DNA of 64,000 nt from contig JBGTGT010000011.1 in assembly GCA_041746575.1 (NCBI GenBank), positions 92,660 to 156,659 on the forward strand. Direction: 5' to 3'. A program made the position numbers and the translations under genes. The stretch is from Microcystaceae cyanobacterium. Its GTDB lineage: Bacteria; Cyanobacteriota; Cyanobacteriia; Cyanobacteriales; Microcystaceae. The first letter of the stretch is position 1. Every line of letters starts with the position of its first letter. The notes below the pieces were generated by a model. That model was not told where the DNA came from and ran no database searches. It worked only from the letters and a program-made list of their open reading frames with translations. Below, piece by piece: positions 9,947 to 19,190 of this stretch.

Positions 9947-11440
9947 TTACGAATCAACCTGATAATCATCTTTGCAAGATTCGGCCGCTTTTGGCGTTTT
10001 TTGAGCGGTTTGATACTTAATCGGCGAAGGTAATAGTTCTAACTGACGAGATGTATTATGATCAGCGTCTTTCTTATCTCCTCGTCGTCGCTGAGCGGTT
10101 CTCTCTTCTGTCGTATCTTCAGCAATCACTTCATACATTACGGCTAATTTTCGACCCTCTTTACTTTTGCGTAAAATACGGCCTAATCGTTGCACAAATT
10201 CTCGTGTTGAGCCTGTTCCCGATAAAATAATGGCATACTTAACGGCCGGAACATCCACCCCTTCATTTAAGACATGGGACGTGACAAGGGTCGTATATTC
10301 TCCTAAGCGAAAACGAGTTAAGATAGCGTGACGTTCTTTAACAGGGGTTTGATGGGTAATCGCCGGAATCAGAAAGGCTTGGGAAATACGATACACTGTC
10401 GCATTGTCATTGGTAAAAATCAAAAGAGAGTCAGGATGATGTTTTTCGATCAAATCAGCTAAAATACGCAATTTTCCAGCCGTTCCTGCTGAAATATCCT
10501 TTGCTTCTCGATGCGCCAACATAGCACGTCGTCCGGCGGCACTTCTAGCACTCGCTTGCACAAATAACTGCCAACCATTGAGACTACTTAAGGAAATATT
10601 GGCACTGCGCAGAAAATCATTACGGGTTTTAATGGCTTGATCGTAGCATTCTCGTTCTTCTGGCGATAATTTAACCTTAATTTGGACAATCTGATGCTCT
10701 GCGAGGGTATCTCCAGCTAATTCATCTACTCCCTTACGATAAATCACCTCACCAATCAAACTATCCAACGCTTGATGACTCCCATCACTGCGATCGGGCG
10801 TAGCCGTTAATCCTAAGCGATAGGGAGCGATCGCATATTCAGCAATCACTCGAAAGAAATCAGTGGGTAAATGGTGACATTCATCGAAAATCTGCAAGGC
10901 GTATTGATTACCCAAGGTTTCAGCATGAATTGCCGCACTATGATAAGTTGATATCAAAATCGGGGTTTTATCCTTTGATCCTCCTCCTAATAAACCAATC
11001 TCAACCCCTCTAAAAGCGTCACTGAGTTGGGCAAACCATTGGTGCATCAAATCAAGTGTCGGCACCAAAATGAGAGTGGTACGGGGGGTAGATTGCATCG
11101 CCATCTGTGCTAAATAGGTCTTTCCTGCCGCCGTTGGCAGAACAATAACGCCGCGACGGCCAGCTTTTTTCCATGCGTTTAAGGCTTCCGTTTGATGGGG
11201 ATAAGGATCACGCTCTTGGCTGAATTGAAAGTCTAAGGCGGTAAATTCCTTAGCCTTATCGATAAAAGCGGTATCAGTGGACTGTAACGTTTCAATAAGG
11301 GTGCGATAGTGCATCGCAGGAATCCGAAATTTCTCAATGCGATCATCCCAGGTGGCTAAGTCAATCCATGCTTTTCCTTTGGGGGGGGGATGGAGAATTA
11401 ACGTTCCGCGATCGTATTTTAGAATGGGATCACGAGGCAT
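9947..11440 (-). CDS. SF2 DEAD/DEAH-box helicase (XPB/Ssl2-like)
   Basis: LPTAAGKT, DECHH, LGLTATP, NEGVDVP, QRLGRILR. Confidence 0.9.
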   Translation of the reverse strand: MPRDPILKYDRGTLILHPPPKGKAWIDLATWDDRIEKFRIPAMHYRTLIETLQSTDTAFIDKAKEFTALDFQFSQERDPYPHQTEALNAWKKAGRRGVIVLPTAAGKTYLAQMAMQSTPRTTLILVPTLDLMHQWFAQLSDAFRGVEIGLLGGGSKDKTPILISTYHSAAIHAETLGNQYALQIFDECHHLPTDFFRVIAEYAIAPYRLGLTATPDRSDGSHQALDSLIGEVIYRKGVDELAGDTLAEHQIVQIKVKLSPEERECYDQAIKTRNDFLRSANISLSSLNGWQLFVQASARSAAGRRAMLAHREAKDISAGTAGKLRILADLIEKHHPDSLLIFTNDNATVYRISQAFLIPAITHQTPVKERHAILTRFRLGEYTTLVTSHVLNEGVDVPAVKYAIILSGTGSTREFVQRLGRILRKSKEGRKLAVMYEVIAEDTTEERTAQRRRGDKKDADHNTSRQLELLPSPIKYQTAQKTPKAAESCKDDYQVDS

Positions 11441-11656
11441 TTTAGAATAGGTTGCTTGATGTTGACAGTAAAAGCATTAGGGGCTACTTTGGCAAATTCT
11501 GGGTTCACCGAGTCCATTTAATCCACAGAGGGTGTTCTCTGCCTAAGCGTTACATTGCTTCTATCCTACGATGGTATGAACTAAACACAAAAATAAATAC
11601 CGATATGTAATATTCAGAGTGACAGACTTATTTCTGTAAAGTTATGAAACATTAAC

Positions 11657-11694
11657 TTGACAGAGTGTTTTTTTATTTTGTAACTTTTAATACA
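11657..11694 (+). promoter_or_regulatory. Sigma70-type promoter overlapped by an NtcA box
   Basis: TTGACA at 11657-11662 and TAACTT at 11681-11686. Perfect TGTA-N8-TACA (TGTAACTTTTAATACA) at 11679-11694. Confidence 0.7.
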
Positions 11695-11864
11695 GACAGA
11701 TCGCATTTTTTGTATGGCACTTCCTCAAAAGAGAAGATGCGTTGATGCCCAAATCCTCAGCTATTGTTAAGGTTTCTAGGTGGCATTTTTCACGCTGCTT
11801 TCTGTCGTCAATTGCAATTCAGGGTCATTTATAACGATTTTGAGATTTTTTGTCGGAGTTTAAT

Positions 11865-12116
11865 ATGGTTAGCACCTCAAATTTACCGAAAGTTTCCCGT
11901 ATTCGTTGGTGTTCTTTACCGTCCAATGGACAAAGACCAACGCCACCGTCCTTAGAAAGAAATACATGGGTTCAATTACTCAAACCTCTAACCCCTTATT
12001 GTCACTCGGAAGCATTGCTCTTGTGTCCCCTCTCAGACAGTCAATGGGTTGCGTGGATTCCCGATCATGGAGAAACGATTCTGAATCTGGATCAAGTCTG
12101 TTTACTGGCCGCCTAA
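11865..12116 (+). CDS. Small conserved cyanobacterial protein (83 aa), tentatively NirP1-like
   Basis: GGAG RBS; WVQLL...SEALLLC...WVAWIPDHGE motif; upstream NtcA box in a repressor position. Confidence 0.6.
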   Translation: MVSTSNLPKVSRIRWCSLPSNGQRPTPPSLERNTWVQLLKPLTPYCHSEALLLCPLSDSQWVAWIPDHGETILNLDQVCLLAA

Positions 12117-12229
12117 GATGGGATTGAGCCTATTTAGGGGGTACGATCATGAGATTTGTTGAACCCCCCCACGACAAGCTAGATTGATCGCCCTACGCTA
12201 ACGCATCACGGTCTGAAGATACCCCCCGT

Positions 12230-12859
12230 TTAATCAAACCAACCAATATCACTATCTGAGAGGGTCGGTGTTGATTTGGGGGCAACATAGCGTGTGGGCC
12301 GAGATGGAGCTTTCAAAGTCATCATAGGCGGTTTATTTGCTTTTTTCGGCTGTTCTTCCTCTTTTTCAAAACGTTGAAGTTTACCGTAGAGGGTTTCGAC
12401 CAGTTTTTGTTCTGCCGCTAACTGAGACTGCAATGCTTGATAATCTTCTAATTGAGCCGTTAATTGTTGAATTTCTCCAGAGCGATCGGCTAATCCGGCT
12501 TTTTTTTGCTCTGTTGTGTCTAATTCGCCTTGAAGGTCTTGAATCGCTTGATCTTTCTGCTGAAGAGTCGTTAATTGCTCATTTAATTGATATTCTAAAG
12601 ACTTGATGTGATTATTTTGGTCTTCAATGGTTTTTCCTAAATCGGTCATCTTAGCAGTGGCTTCTTCTTCACTTTTTTGAGCTTCTGCTAAGGCTTGAGT
12701 TAAGTCTAATACTTGTTTTTCCAGTTCTGCCTTGGTCAGACGAGAACGGGAGGAATCGCTAGGAAAAGATGGGTCTTTTCCGACAACATCAGGAGATACT
12801 AAGGGATTTTCTGGGTTAACTCCCTCTTTTATAAGGTCTGACATCCGTTTTCTTGTCAT
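12230..12859 (-). CDS. mcdB: Carboxysome positioning protein McdB (type 2)
   Basis: Directly downstream of a ParA ATPase. Charged N-terminus (MTRKRMSDL), Gln-rich coiled coil, Trp within the last four residues (IGWFD). Confidence 0.78.
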   Translation of the reverse strand: MTRKRMSDLIKEGVNPENPLVSPDVVGKDPSFPSDSSRSRLTKAELEKQVLDLTQALAEAQKSEEEATAKMTDLGKTIEDQNNHIKSLEYQLNEQLTTLQQKDQAIQDLQGELDTTEQKKAGLADRSGEIQQLTAQLEDYQALQSQLAAEQKLVETLYGKLQRFEKEEEQPKKANKPPMMTLKAPSRPTRYVAPKSTPTLSDSDIGWFD

Positions 12860-12864
12860 GGCAT

Positions 12865-13506
12865 TTAACTCCAGTCTCTTTGTAACTCTTCTACGACTCG
12901 GCGATAGTCCGCTTCGGCTTCTCGTGCATTTTTGCCTTTCCATTCACTAATCGGTTTTCCATCTAAGACGGCACGTTCATGCGCTTTATAATTGCGTACA
13001 AAAGCGTGACAAGTAGGAATTCCCAACGCTAGTAAGGTATTTTGCGCTTCTAGAGTTTCTTTTAGGCTACGGGGATCAACTTTGGTTAATAACACCCGAT
13101 GAGCGATCTTTAAAGGAATCACGGTCTGTTTAATCGTGTCAATCAACGCTGTTAAATCCATCGGTGCGGCAGGGGTGGGCAACAGGACATAATCTGAAGC
13201 TGTGATCACCGCCTTGAGGGCTTCTGAACGAAGGGCAGGGGGCGTATCTACGATAATAAATCGATAATCCTTAATTTTGCGTAAATTGCTTAAAACAGAG
13301 GCTTCTATTTCTTGCGTTAAATCAAAGTTAAATCCTTTGTCACTGCGTTCTACCCACCAAGTGGCCGACCCTTGAGGATCAGCATCAACTAATAAGATTT
13401 CTTGTTTTTCTGCTAAAATTGACGCCAAATTAACGGCTGTCGTGGTTTTCCCCACACCCCCTTTCCCATTCACTACAGCGAGAACTTTCGGACTCTCCAG
13501 ACTCAT
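12865..13506 (-). CDS. mcdA: ParA-type ATPase McdA (type 2)
   Basis: Deviant Walker [20 protein letters not shown] (double Trp), DTPP; paired with an McdB-like gene. Confidence 0.8.
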   Translation of the reverse strand: MSLESPKVLAVVNGKGGVGKTTTAVNLASILAEKQEILLVDADPQGSATWWVERSDKGFNFDLTQEIEASVLSNLRKIKDYRFIIVDTPPALRSEALKAVITASDYVLLPTPAAPMDLTALIDTIKQTVIPLKIAHRVLLTKVDPRSLKETLEAQNTLLALGIPTCHAFVRNYKAHERAVLDGKPISEWKGKNAREAEADYRRVVEELQRDWS

Positions 13507-13581
13507 GCTTGTTTTGTGACCCCATGACCGAATCGTTCTTACGATATCATGTTTTATTCCCCTCTTGCATCCATTAGGAAT

Positions 13582-13613
13582 CCCTCTCCCGAAGGAGAGG
13601 GGTTAGGGTGAGG
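13582..13613. repeat. REP-like palindromic element, possible terminator of the porin gene
   Basis: CCCTCTCC-cgaa-GGAGAGGG followed by GTTAGGGTGAGG. Confidence 0.5.
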
Positions 13614-13637
13614 ATTTTTTTGAGGAGCGAACAAACC

Positions 13638-15287
13638 TTAAAAACTAAAGGTGGTGCGAATTGTTCCAATCACAAGGGTCGAATTATTGTTGTTGTAATC
13701 AGGCGAGGTAATGATTAAAATGCCCGGCGTTAAGCTAATATTGTCGTTGATTGCGTATTGATAAAAGGCTTCAATATGAAAAGAAGTATCTCCATCATTC
13801 GCTCGTCCATCATTCGGTAATAAAGGAGTTGAGTTGGACACCCACGGTTGCATCCCGAAGACAATTCCCGCGATACTCCCTTCTTTGAAAGCGTCAGGAA
13901 AAGCAAGGGTGACTGCCCATTGCCAAATGTCTAATTGACCTCTGGATAACGTCCCTAAATCTTCATTTTCCACGGCATCTAAGGTTGAAGCATTGGTATA
14001 TCCCCCCCATCCGCCTAGAACAAATTGCTCCGCTAATTGCCAAGAAAAGGTCAATCCGTAGGAATTGTGGGAGGTTGAGACACTTTCTCCGAAAATATCT
14101 TCGCTGAGGAACTGAAAGTTCGACTGACGACTCCCTGTTCCTGTATCCAAAGTATTATAACCATGAGTATAGACCAAAGCCACCCCAAAGGTTTCATTGG
14201 GAACATAACCTACTTGAGCGATCGCTCCATAAGCCCCATTGAACAAGCCGTTTCCTTCACTGGGATCGGCTCCATCTCTGGCTAAATAGCCCGCACTCAG
14301 TTCAAATGCGCCAAAATTTCCTTGAAGGCCTAAGCCTGTTCCTTCTCCTTGATAATAAAGGGGATTACGTGTACCGAAGGCAGAAATCGCCCCCGTTGCC
14401 CCATCTCCATCCAGAACATTCAAAGTATTGGTAAAGTCATCAAAAGCACCTCCTGCCGCTAAAACCCAAGCATTGACGTTATCACCAATGGAAAAATTAT
14501 AATACAGCACTTCTAGAGCTAAATCACTATCATCGGGCTGAGAAAAAGCCAAAGTCCCTTGGAATGTTCCTACTTCTTCAGCTAGGTCGGGGATTGTCCC
14601 CGTAGCAAGACGAGTGTATAGATTATCTTCTCCGGTAAAGCTGGTATTTAATTCTAAGCGAGTTCGATGACCAAAAGTAGGAATTTGGGCAATATCTTCT
14701 GTTCCATTGTTTTTATCACCCGAAGCGACTCCCGATAAGCCTAAAACCACTTCTCCGGTCAATTTTGTGGTGGTAGAAAAGGAGTGATCTTCGATAAAGG
14801 CAACTCTCGATTCTAAATTATCAATTCTAGTGCCTAAAGCGGCGAGTTCAGTCTGAAATTCTGCAGCTAACCGTTTTAGTTTATCAATATCTTCCTGTGA
14901 AACGGCAACATTTTCTTGTAGCAGTCGTTCCATCGTATTTAAACAAGCATTTAGCCCGGCGGCGAATTCCCAGCGAGTCAAGGCTCGATTTCCCCTAAAT
15001 GTACGGTCAGGATAGCCAACAATACAGCCATAGCGTTCCACAAGGCTTCTGAGGGCTTCATACGCCCACGCAGTCGGTTCAACATCCCTTAATTCAGAGA
15101 CGGAGGTCACTTGATTGGCAGAGAAGGAATTGCCCTGAGAAGGACGAAGGTAACCGTCGCCCAATGAGTTCTTTTGAGAGGCGACGATGGGCAAAGCCCA
15201 AACACCTTGAACGGGTATAAAAGAAAATCCTAACGCAATTAGGCTTAAATAAGCCCATTTTTGTCTATATTGTGACATTTGATTCAC
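13638..15287 (-). CDS. Cyanobacterial outer-membrane porin (SLH + OprB-like), probable iron-uptake porin
   Basis: VTSVSELRDVEPTAWAYEAL...YGCIVGYPDRTFRGNRALTRWEFAAGL SLH domain, FSTTTKL, C-terminal RTTFSF. Confidence 0.92.
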   Translation of the reverse strand: MNQMSQYRQKWAYLSLIALGFSFIPVQGVWALPIVASQKNSLGDGYLRPSQGNSFSANQVTSVSELRDVEPTAWAYEALRSLVERYGCIVGYPDRTFRGNRALTRWEFAAGLNACLNTMERLLQENVAVSQEDIDKLKRLAAEFQTELAALGTRIDNLESRVAFIEDHSFSTTTKLTGEVVLGLSGVASGDKNNGTEDIAQIPTFGHRTRLELNTSFTGEDNLYTRLATGTIPDLAEEVGTFQGTLAFSQPDDSDLALEVLYYNFSIGDNVNAWVLAAGGAFDDFTNTLNVLDGDGATGAISAFGTRNPLYYQGEGTGLGLQGNFGAFELSAGYLARDGADPSEGNGLFNGAYGAIAQVGYVPNETFGVALVYTHGYNTLDTGTGSRQSNFQFLSEDIFGESVSTSHNSYGLTFSWQLAEQFVLGGWGGYTNASTLDAVENEDLGTLSRGQLDIWQWAVTLAFPDAFKEGSIAGIVFGMQPWVSNSTPLLPNDGRANDGDTSFHIEAFYQYAINDNISLTPGILIITSPDYNNNNSTLVIGTIRTTFSF

Positions 15288-15304
15288 GCTCCTTTCACCA
15301 AAAT

Positions 15305-15345
15305 AAAAATGATTATCATTATAAAATATAATGATTTTTTGTCAA
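15305..15345 (-). promoter_or_regulatory. Porin promoter with a Fur box over the -10
   Basis: Minus strand: TTGACA (15345-15340)-N16-TATAAT (15323-15318). TATAATGATAATCATTTTT matches the 19-bp Fur consensus at 16/19. Confidence 0.8.
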
Positions 15346-15382
15346 GAATGGGGGAGATTAAGCCGTTTACTCCCCTTCATCC

Positions 15383-16159
15383 TTAAAGTTGGGCTTGTTC
15401 ATCAATTTTTGATACCAATTGAGAGACTTGATCCGGGGTTACCTTAACAGAAGGGGGGGGTTCAACAGACGGCCAAGCTTGCTTCAAGGCAGTCAAATGG
15501 TTAGAAACCGCTTGGTCAATATCAGGTTTTTCTTGACTCAAAGAAGGGGCAATGGTTTGATACAGTTGCTCAGCGTAAAGAACAAATCCTCGTGAGTCTT
15601 GATATTCTAATAATTCTACAACTTTTCCATCAGCAACGGCCGCTGAATATTCTTCTTGAGCAGTGTCTAATAAATGGGTAATTACCATCAAGACGAAAGG
15701 CGAAGATTGGCGATCTGTTTCAGGGATGGCGGCGATCGCTGTGTCGATTCCGGCTACGGCTTCTTGGTACTTTTGGGGAATTTGAGCATTATTAGGATTC
15801 GTTTTTAGTAAGTCGTGCAACTGCGTTAGAGTGGCTTTAAATTGAGGGACATTTCGTTCGGTCAATTCGGCTTCAATGTCGCCATAAAGCTCTTCAACGG
15901 GATGACCGACGTGAGGTTCAGCGGCTTGAGGTTTTCCTTTATCTAGTAGCTCTTTCGCAACAATTAAATGACCTTTCATTAAGCCCAAACTGGTCATATA
16001 ATCAACATTCTTATTTTGCATTTTTGAAACTGAATCCTGACTTTGTTCGGTCTTTAGGTTGGTTTCAGAAACAGAGGTTTGATTAGGACGACCACAGCTA
16101 CTTAGGGTCATCAGAAGTGTGGTTAAACTCAAAATAGAAACGAGACGGAAAGTGTTCAT
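15383..16159 (-). CDS. Lipoprotein of unknown function with candidate metal-binding His/Glu motifs
   Basis: Lipobox LSSC; MKGHL...HVGHPVEELY and EYQDSRGF motifs; predicted all-helical. Confidence 0.75.
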   Translation of the reverse strand: MNTFRLVSILSLTTLLMTLSSCGRPNQTSVSETNLKTEQSQDSVSKMQNKNVDYMTSLGLMKGHLIVAKELLDKGKPQAAEPHVGHPVEELYGDIEAELTERNVPQFKATLTQLHDLLKTNPNNAQIPQKYQEAVAGIDTAIAAIPETDRQSSPFVLMVITHLLDTAQEEYSAAVADGKVVELLEYQDSRGFVLYAEQLYQTIAPSLSQEKPDIDQAVSNHLTALKQAWPSVEPPPSVKVTPDQVSQLVSKIDEQAQL

Positions 16160-16199
16160 GGACTTTTCTCCTTAAATGAATCAAAGAATAAATCGAAGT

Positions 16200-17213
16200 T
16201 TAAACGGGAACTATTTGAAACTTACCCATACACCCATATTCTGCAATTGAATCTTGATGGGGATGGAACATATATTGACCGGGATAAGGATAGGAAAACT
16301 CTAGAATATGGCGTTCTGCTGTTCCCATTGTCACTACATCGCTTTCTTCATCAGGGGTTAAACTTCTACCCGTTCGATAAAGTTTAAATAAATTGCCGTG
16401 AATATGAAAAGTTACCGCCGCATCAAATTCAATCATATTTAAAAGATAGAGCCTCACTAATTGATTTTGATAAATAGGAATGGGATGATCTCGATAATAA
16501 TTGGGAATGCCATTAAAAGCATATAAATCATTACGTTGTCGATTCTTTAAATCATACCCTCCCATCACCATAATTATTTCATCGGCAGGAGGGCGATCTT
16601 GAGGTGGATCGATAATAAATAAACCATACAATCCTTTACTAATATGACGAGTTACTGGGGCAACATGACAATGATATAAATGAACGCCATAGGGGTAGGC
16701 ATCAAATTCATAAACAAAGGTTTTGCCATGACGTATGCCTTGCACACCATCCATTTCGGCCGGATGATTTCCGTGAAAATGTAAGCTATGGGAATGGCCG
16801 TCTTCGTTATGAAAAATAACCCGAATTCTATCTCCTTCTTTTGCCCTTAAGGTGGGAGCAGGCACTTGATTATTAATGTTCCAGCTAATGTAAGAAATTC
16901 CTGAGTTGAGGTGTAAAAGACTGCTGTTTGCCGTCAGTTCATATTCCCGAATCGTTCTGCCATTTTCTTGCTTAATTTTTCCAGCATTAAATGTCCTTAA
17001 AATCTGCATCGGATCAAAAGGATTTTTGAGGGTAGATTTTGCAGAATAAGGAGGCATCGATTCTACTTCAGCTCTGGGAATTTTAACAGAAGAGGAAGCC
17101 GATAAAAGATGGTGAATTCCCATGATTCCTAATCCGAATCCTAAGCCAGTCCCTCCAATCAGGAATTGACGACGATGCCACAATTTAGGAGAATTGAACC
17201 GATTAAATGTCAT
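16200..17213 (-). CDS. Two-domain multicopper oxidase with Tat signal
   Basis: RRQFL; HSLHFHG; YHCHVAPVTRH; TFHIHG; MFHPHQ. Confidence 0.88.
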   Translation of the reverse strand: MTFNRFNSPKLWHRRQFLIGGTGLGFGLGIMGIHHLLSASSSVKIPRAEVESMPPYSAKSTLKNPFDPMQILRTFNAGKIKQENGRTIREYELTANSSLLHLNSGISYISWNINNQVPAPTLRAKEGDRIRVIFHNEDGHSHSLHFHGNHPAEMDGVQGIRHGKTFVYEFDAYPYGVHLYHCHVAPVTRHISKGLYGLFIIDPPQDRPPADEIIMVMGGYDLKNRQRNDLYAFNGIPNYYRDHPIPIYQNQLVRLYLLNMIEFDAAVTFHIHGNLFKLYRTGRSLTPDEESDVVTMGTAERHILEFSYPYPGQYMFHPHQDSIAEYGCMGKFQIVPV

Positions 17214-17533
17214 TAAAATACCTTTCCTTCTTGAACCGTTTCAATACATAGCGCATCTGCTTCTGGCCGACTGAGTTGAATTAACTTTCCTTGCACCTCA
17301 ATAACATAGGAAAAAGGGTCGGGAAAATGAGGGCGAATCATGATAAAACGGGTTTCTGGTGCTAATCCTAATTGCAATAATCTGCCGATGTATCCTCGAA
17401 ACGCTTTATCGTAACCCACAATATAGCCTTGAGAGCCGATCGCCAAATCCTTGAGGTGAGTTGCCATTTCTAGATTCATAAAACAAACAGGATTAACAAC
17501 AATAATTAAAAGGTCAACGTTACGGCTAATCAA
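17213..17533 (-). CDS. feoA: FeoA-domain protein (true start probably internal, e.g. MNLEM/MATHL)
   Basis: HLKDLAIGSQGYIVG...RLLQLGL.P...IEVQGKLIQLSRPEA; stop overlaps the oxidase start. Confidence 0.75.
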   Translation of the reverse strand: MISRNVDLLIIVVNPVCFMNLEMATHLKDLAIGSQGYIVGYDKAFRGYIGRLLQLGLAPETRFIMIRPHFPDPFSYVIEVQGKLIQLSRPEADALCIETVQEGKVF

Positions 17534-17578
17534 TTAGATCAGGCAAAAAAAATTCACCTGATCTCTATTGAGTTGAAT

Positions 17579-18631
17579 TTACTTCCACCCACTGCGGTTC
17601 ATTACTTGTACGGCTTTCCCTAAATTGGGTCCATAATCCGCTACACTGGCGACATCTGACTTAAATGCACCAAATTTCTGTAGAATAGGATCAAGCGTAA
17701 CGCCTGAAACAACCGGATATTCTAAGTTTCCTTGGGCAAAAAAAGCTTGAGCAGAAGGGCTGACTAAGTATTCTAAGAACTTAATTCCTGCTTCTTTATT
17801 TTGAGATGTCTTAACGATTCCTGCTCCGCTAACGTTAACTTGCGCCCCTCTTCCCTTTTGATCGGGGAAAAAGAGTCCTACTTTCTCAAAAATCGCTCTT
17901 TTGACGGGATCTTTATCATCACCAAGTTTAGCTAAGTAGTAGCTATTGGCTAGGGCTAAATCCCCTACTCCTGCTGCGATCGCTTCAATCTGTGCTGTAT
18001 CGTTTCCCTGAGGCGGACGGGCAAAATTACTAACCAACCCCCGACACCACTGTTCAGTCGCTTTTTCGCCTCTGGTATCAATAAACCATGCTACAAAAGA
18101 CTGATTGTAGATATTGCTGGAAGAACGGACTAAAATCTTGCCTTTCCATTTAGGATTGGCTAAATCCTCATAGGTTGAAAGTTGAGAGGGGTTAATCCTG
18201 CCCTTATTGTACATAATCACTCTCAAACGTTTACTAAAAGAAAACCATAATCCTTTAGGATCTCTTAGATAAGCAGGAATTTTTTGATTGAGAACCTTAG
18301 AATTCACTGGCGTAAAGATTCCTTCCTGTGCCGCCCGCCACAATCGTCCAGCATCAACGGTGATTAGAACGTCAGCCGGACTGTTGCGCCCTTCACTCTT
18401 GATCCGTTGAATTAAGGGATCAGCTTCCCCTTCAATCAGATTGACTTTAATACCTGTTTGTTGGGTGAAATTGTCATAAAGTCGTTTATCTGTGTTGTAA
18501 TGACGAGCAGAATAAAGATTAAGGGCTTTTGTTTGGGCTAAACTCTGTTTGACGTGTAAAATCGGACTCACCGCTACAGTAGCGGCCGCAACCCCTGTCC
18601 CTAAAAAGATGCGTCTGGTGATTTTGCTCAT
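17579..18631 (-). CDS. futA: Fe(III) ABC transporter substrate-binding protein FutA/IdiA (Tat signal)
   Basis: TRRIFL; LNLYSARHYNTD; SPADVLITVDAGRL; RSSSNIYNQS; ANSYY; NLEYP. Confidence 0.92.
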   Translation of the reverse strand: MSKITRRIFLGTGVAAATVAVSPILHVKQSLAQTKALNLYSARHYNTDKRLYDNFTQQTGIKVNLIEGEADPLIQRIKSEGRNSPADVLITVDAGRLWRAAQEGIFTPVNSKVLNQKIPAYLRDPKGLWFSFSKRLRVIMYNKGRINPSQLSTYEDLANPKWKGKILVRSSSNIYNQSFVAWFIDTRGEKATEQWCRGLVSNFARPPQGNDTAQIEAIAAGVGDLALANSYYLAKLGDDKDPVKRAIFEKVGLFFPDQKGRGAQVNVSGAGIVKTSQNKEAGIKFLEYLVSPSAQAFFAQGNLEYPVVSGVTLDPILQKFGAFKSDVASVADYGPNLGKAVQVMNRSGWK

Positions 18632-18691
18632 TGCGTATTATTATCAATAGTGCCTTTGGCATTGTATCACTATTAGGAATTATTCTTAATA
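18631..18691 (-). promoter_or_regulatory. Probable Fur boxes upstream of futA
   Basis: Near-palindrome TATTAGGAATTATTCTTAATA (18671-18691); TGATAATAATACGCA next to the start codon; TACAAT -10 at 18666-18661. Confidence 0.55.
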
Positions 18692-19190
18692 AATTTTCGA
18701 GCTAGAGTCTTTTAGGGGCGAGTTTCAAGGTCAGCGATTTTTGAAAAGCTTTACAGTGTAAGTATTCTAGCTTTGCCTTCAATGGGGGTACGCTTATCTG
18801 TTATTTGTCTTGATTACAGAAGGGATGACTGAACGAATCAAGGATTTAAAGTTTGAGGAAGGCAGGTGCTAGAGTTACCTTAGTTACTATAATTGACGAT
18901 AAGTCCTACTTAAGATAAGCTTTATTTTTATTTTATTTTATTTTTATTTTGTCCCCTCCTCAACCACTCAATTGCTGATAAAGCTTTTCGATAATGTTTA
19001 TTCAAATGAGCCTTAGACTGACAATCAATTAGCATTTACCTCAACCATCAATCGTCATTTATCATACTGCTAGACCCGACGCTTGTCGTCTGCTTAGGAA
19101 TTCAGGAATTTATGACTTAATATTGCAAACATTTGTTACAAATAGTAAACTAGCCATTTAAGCCCTTATCAAACGACCTTTAACCCAAAG

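Noticed and set aside
12860..12943. Longer McdB start overlapping mcdA
   Set aside because: It overlaps the ParA 3' end by 79 bp; ATG 12859 gives a normal 5-bp gap.
18700..19190. Glycine riboswitch upstream of gcvP
   Set aside because: No recognisable GGAGA...CCGAAG...CTCAGG aptamer pattern. The region is AT-rich with a (TTTTA)n run at about 18921-18950.
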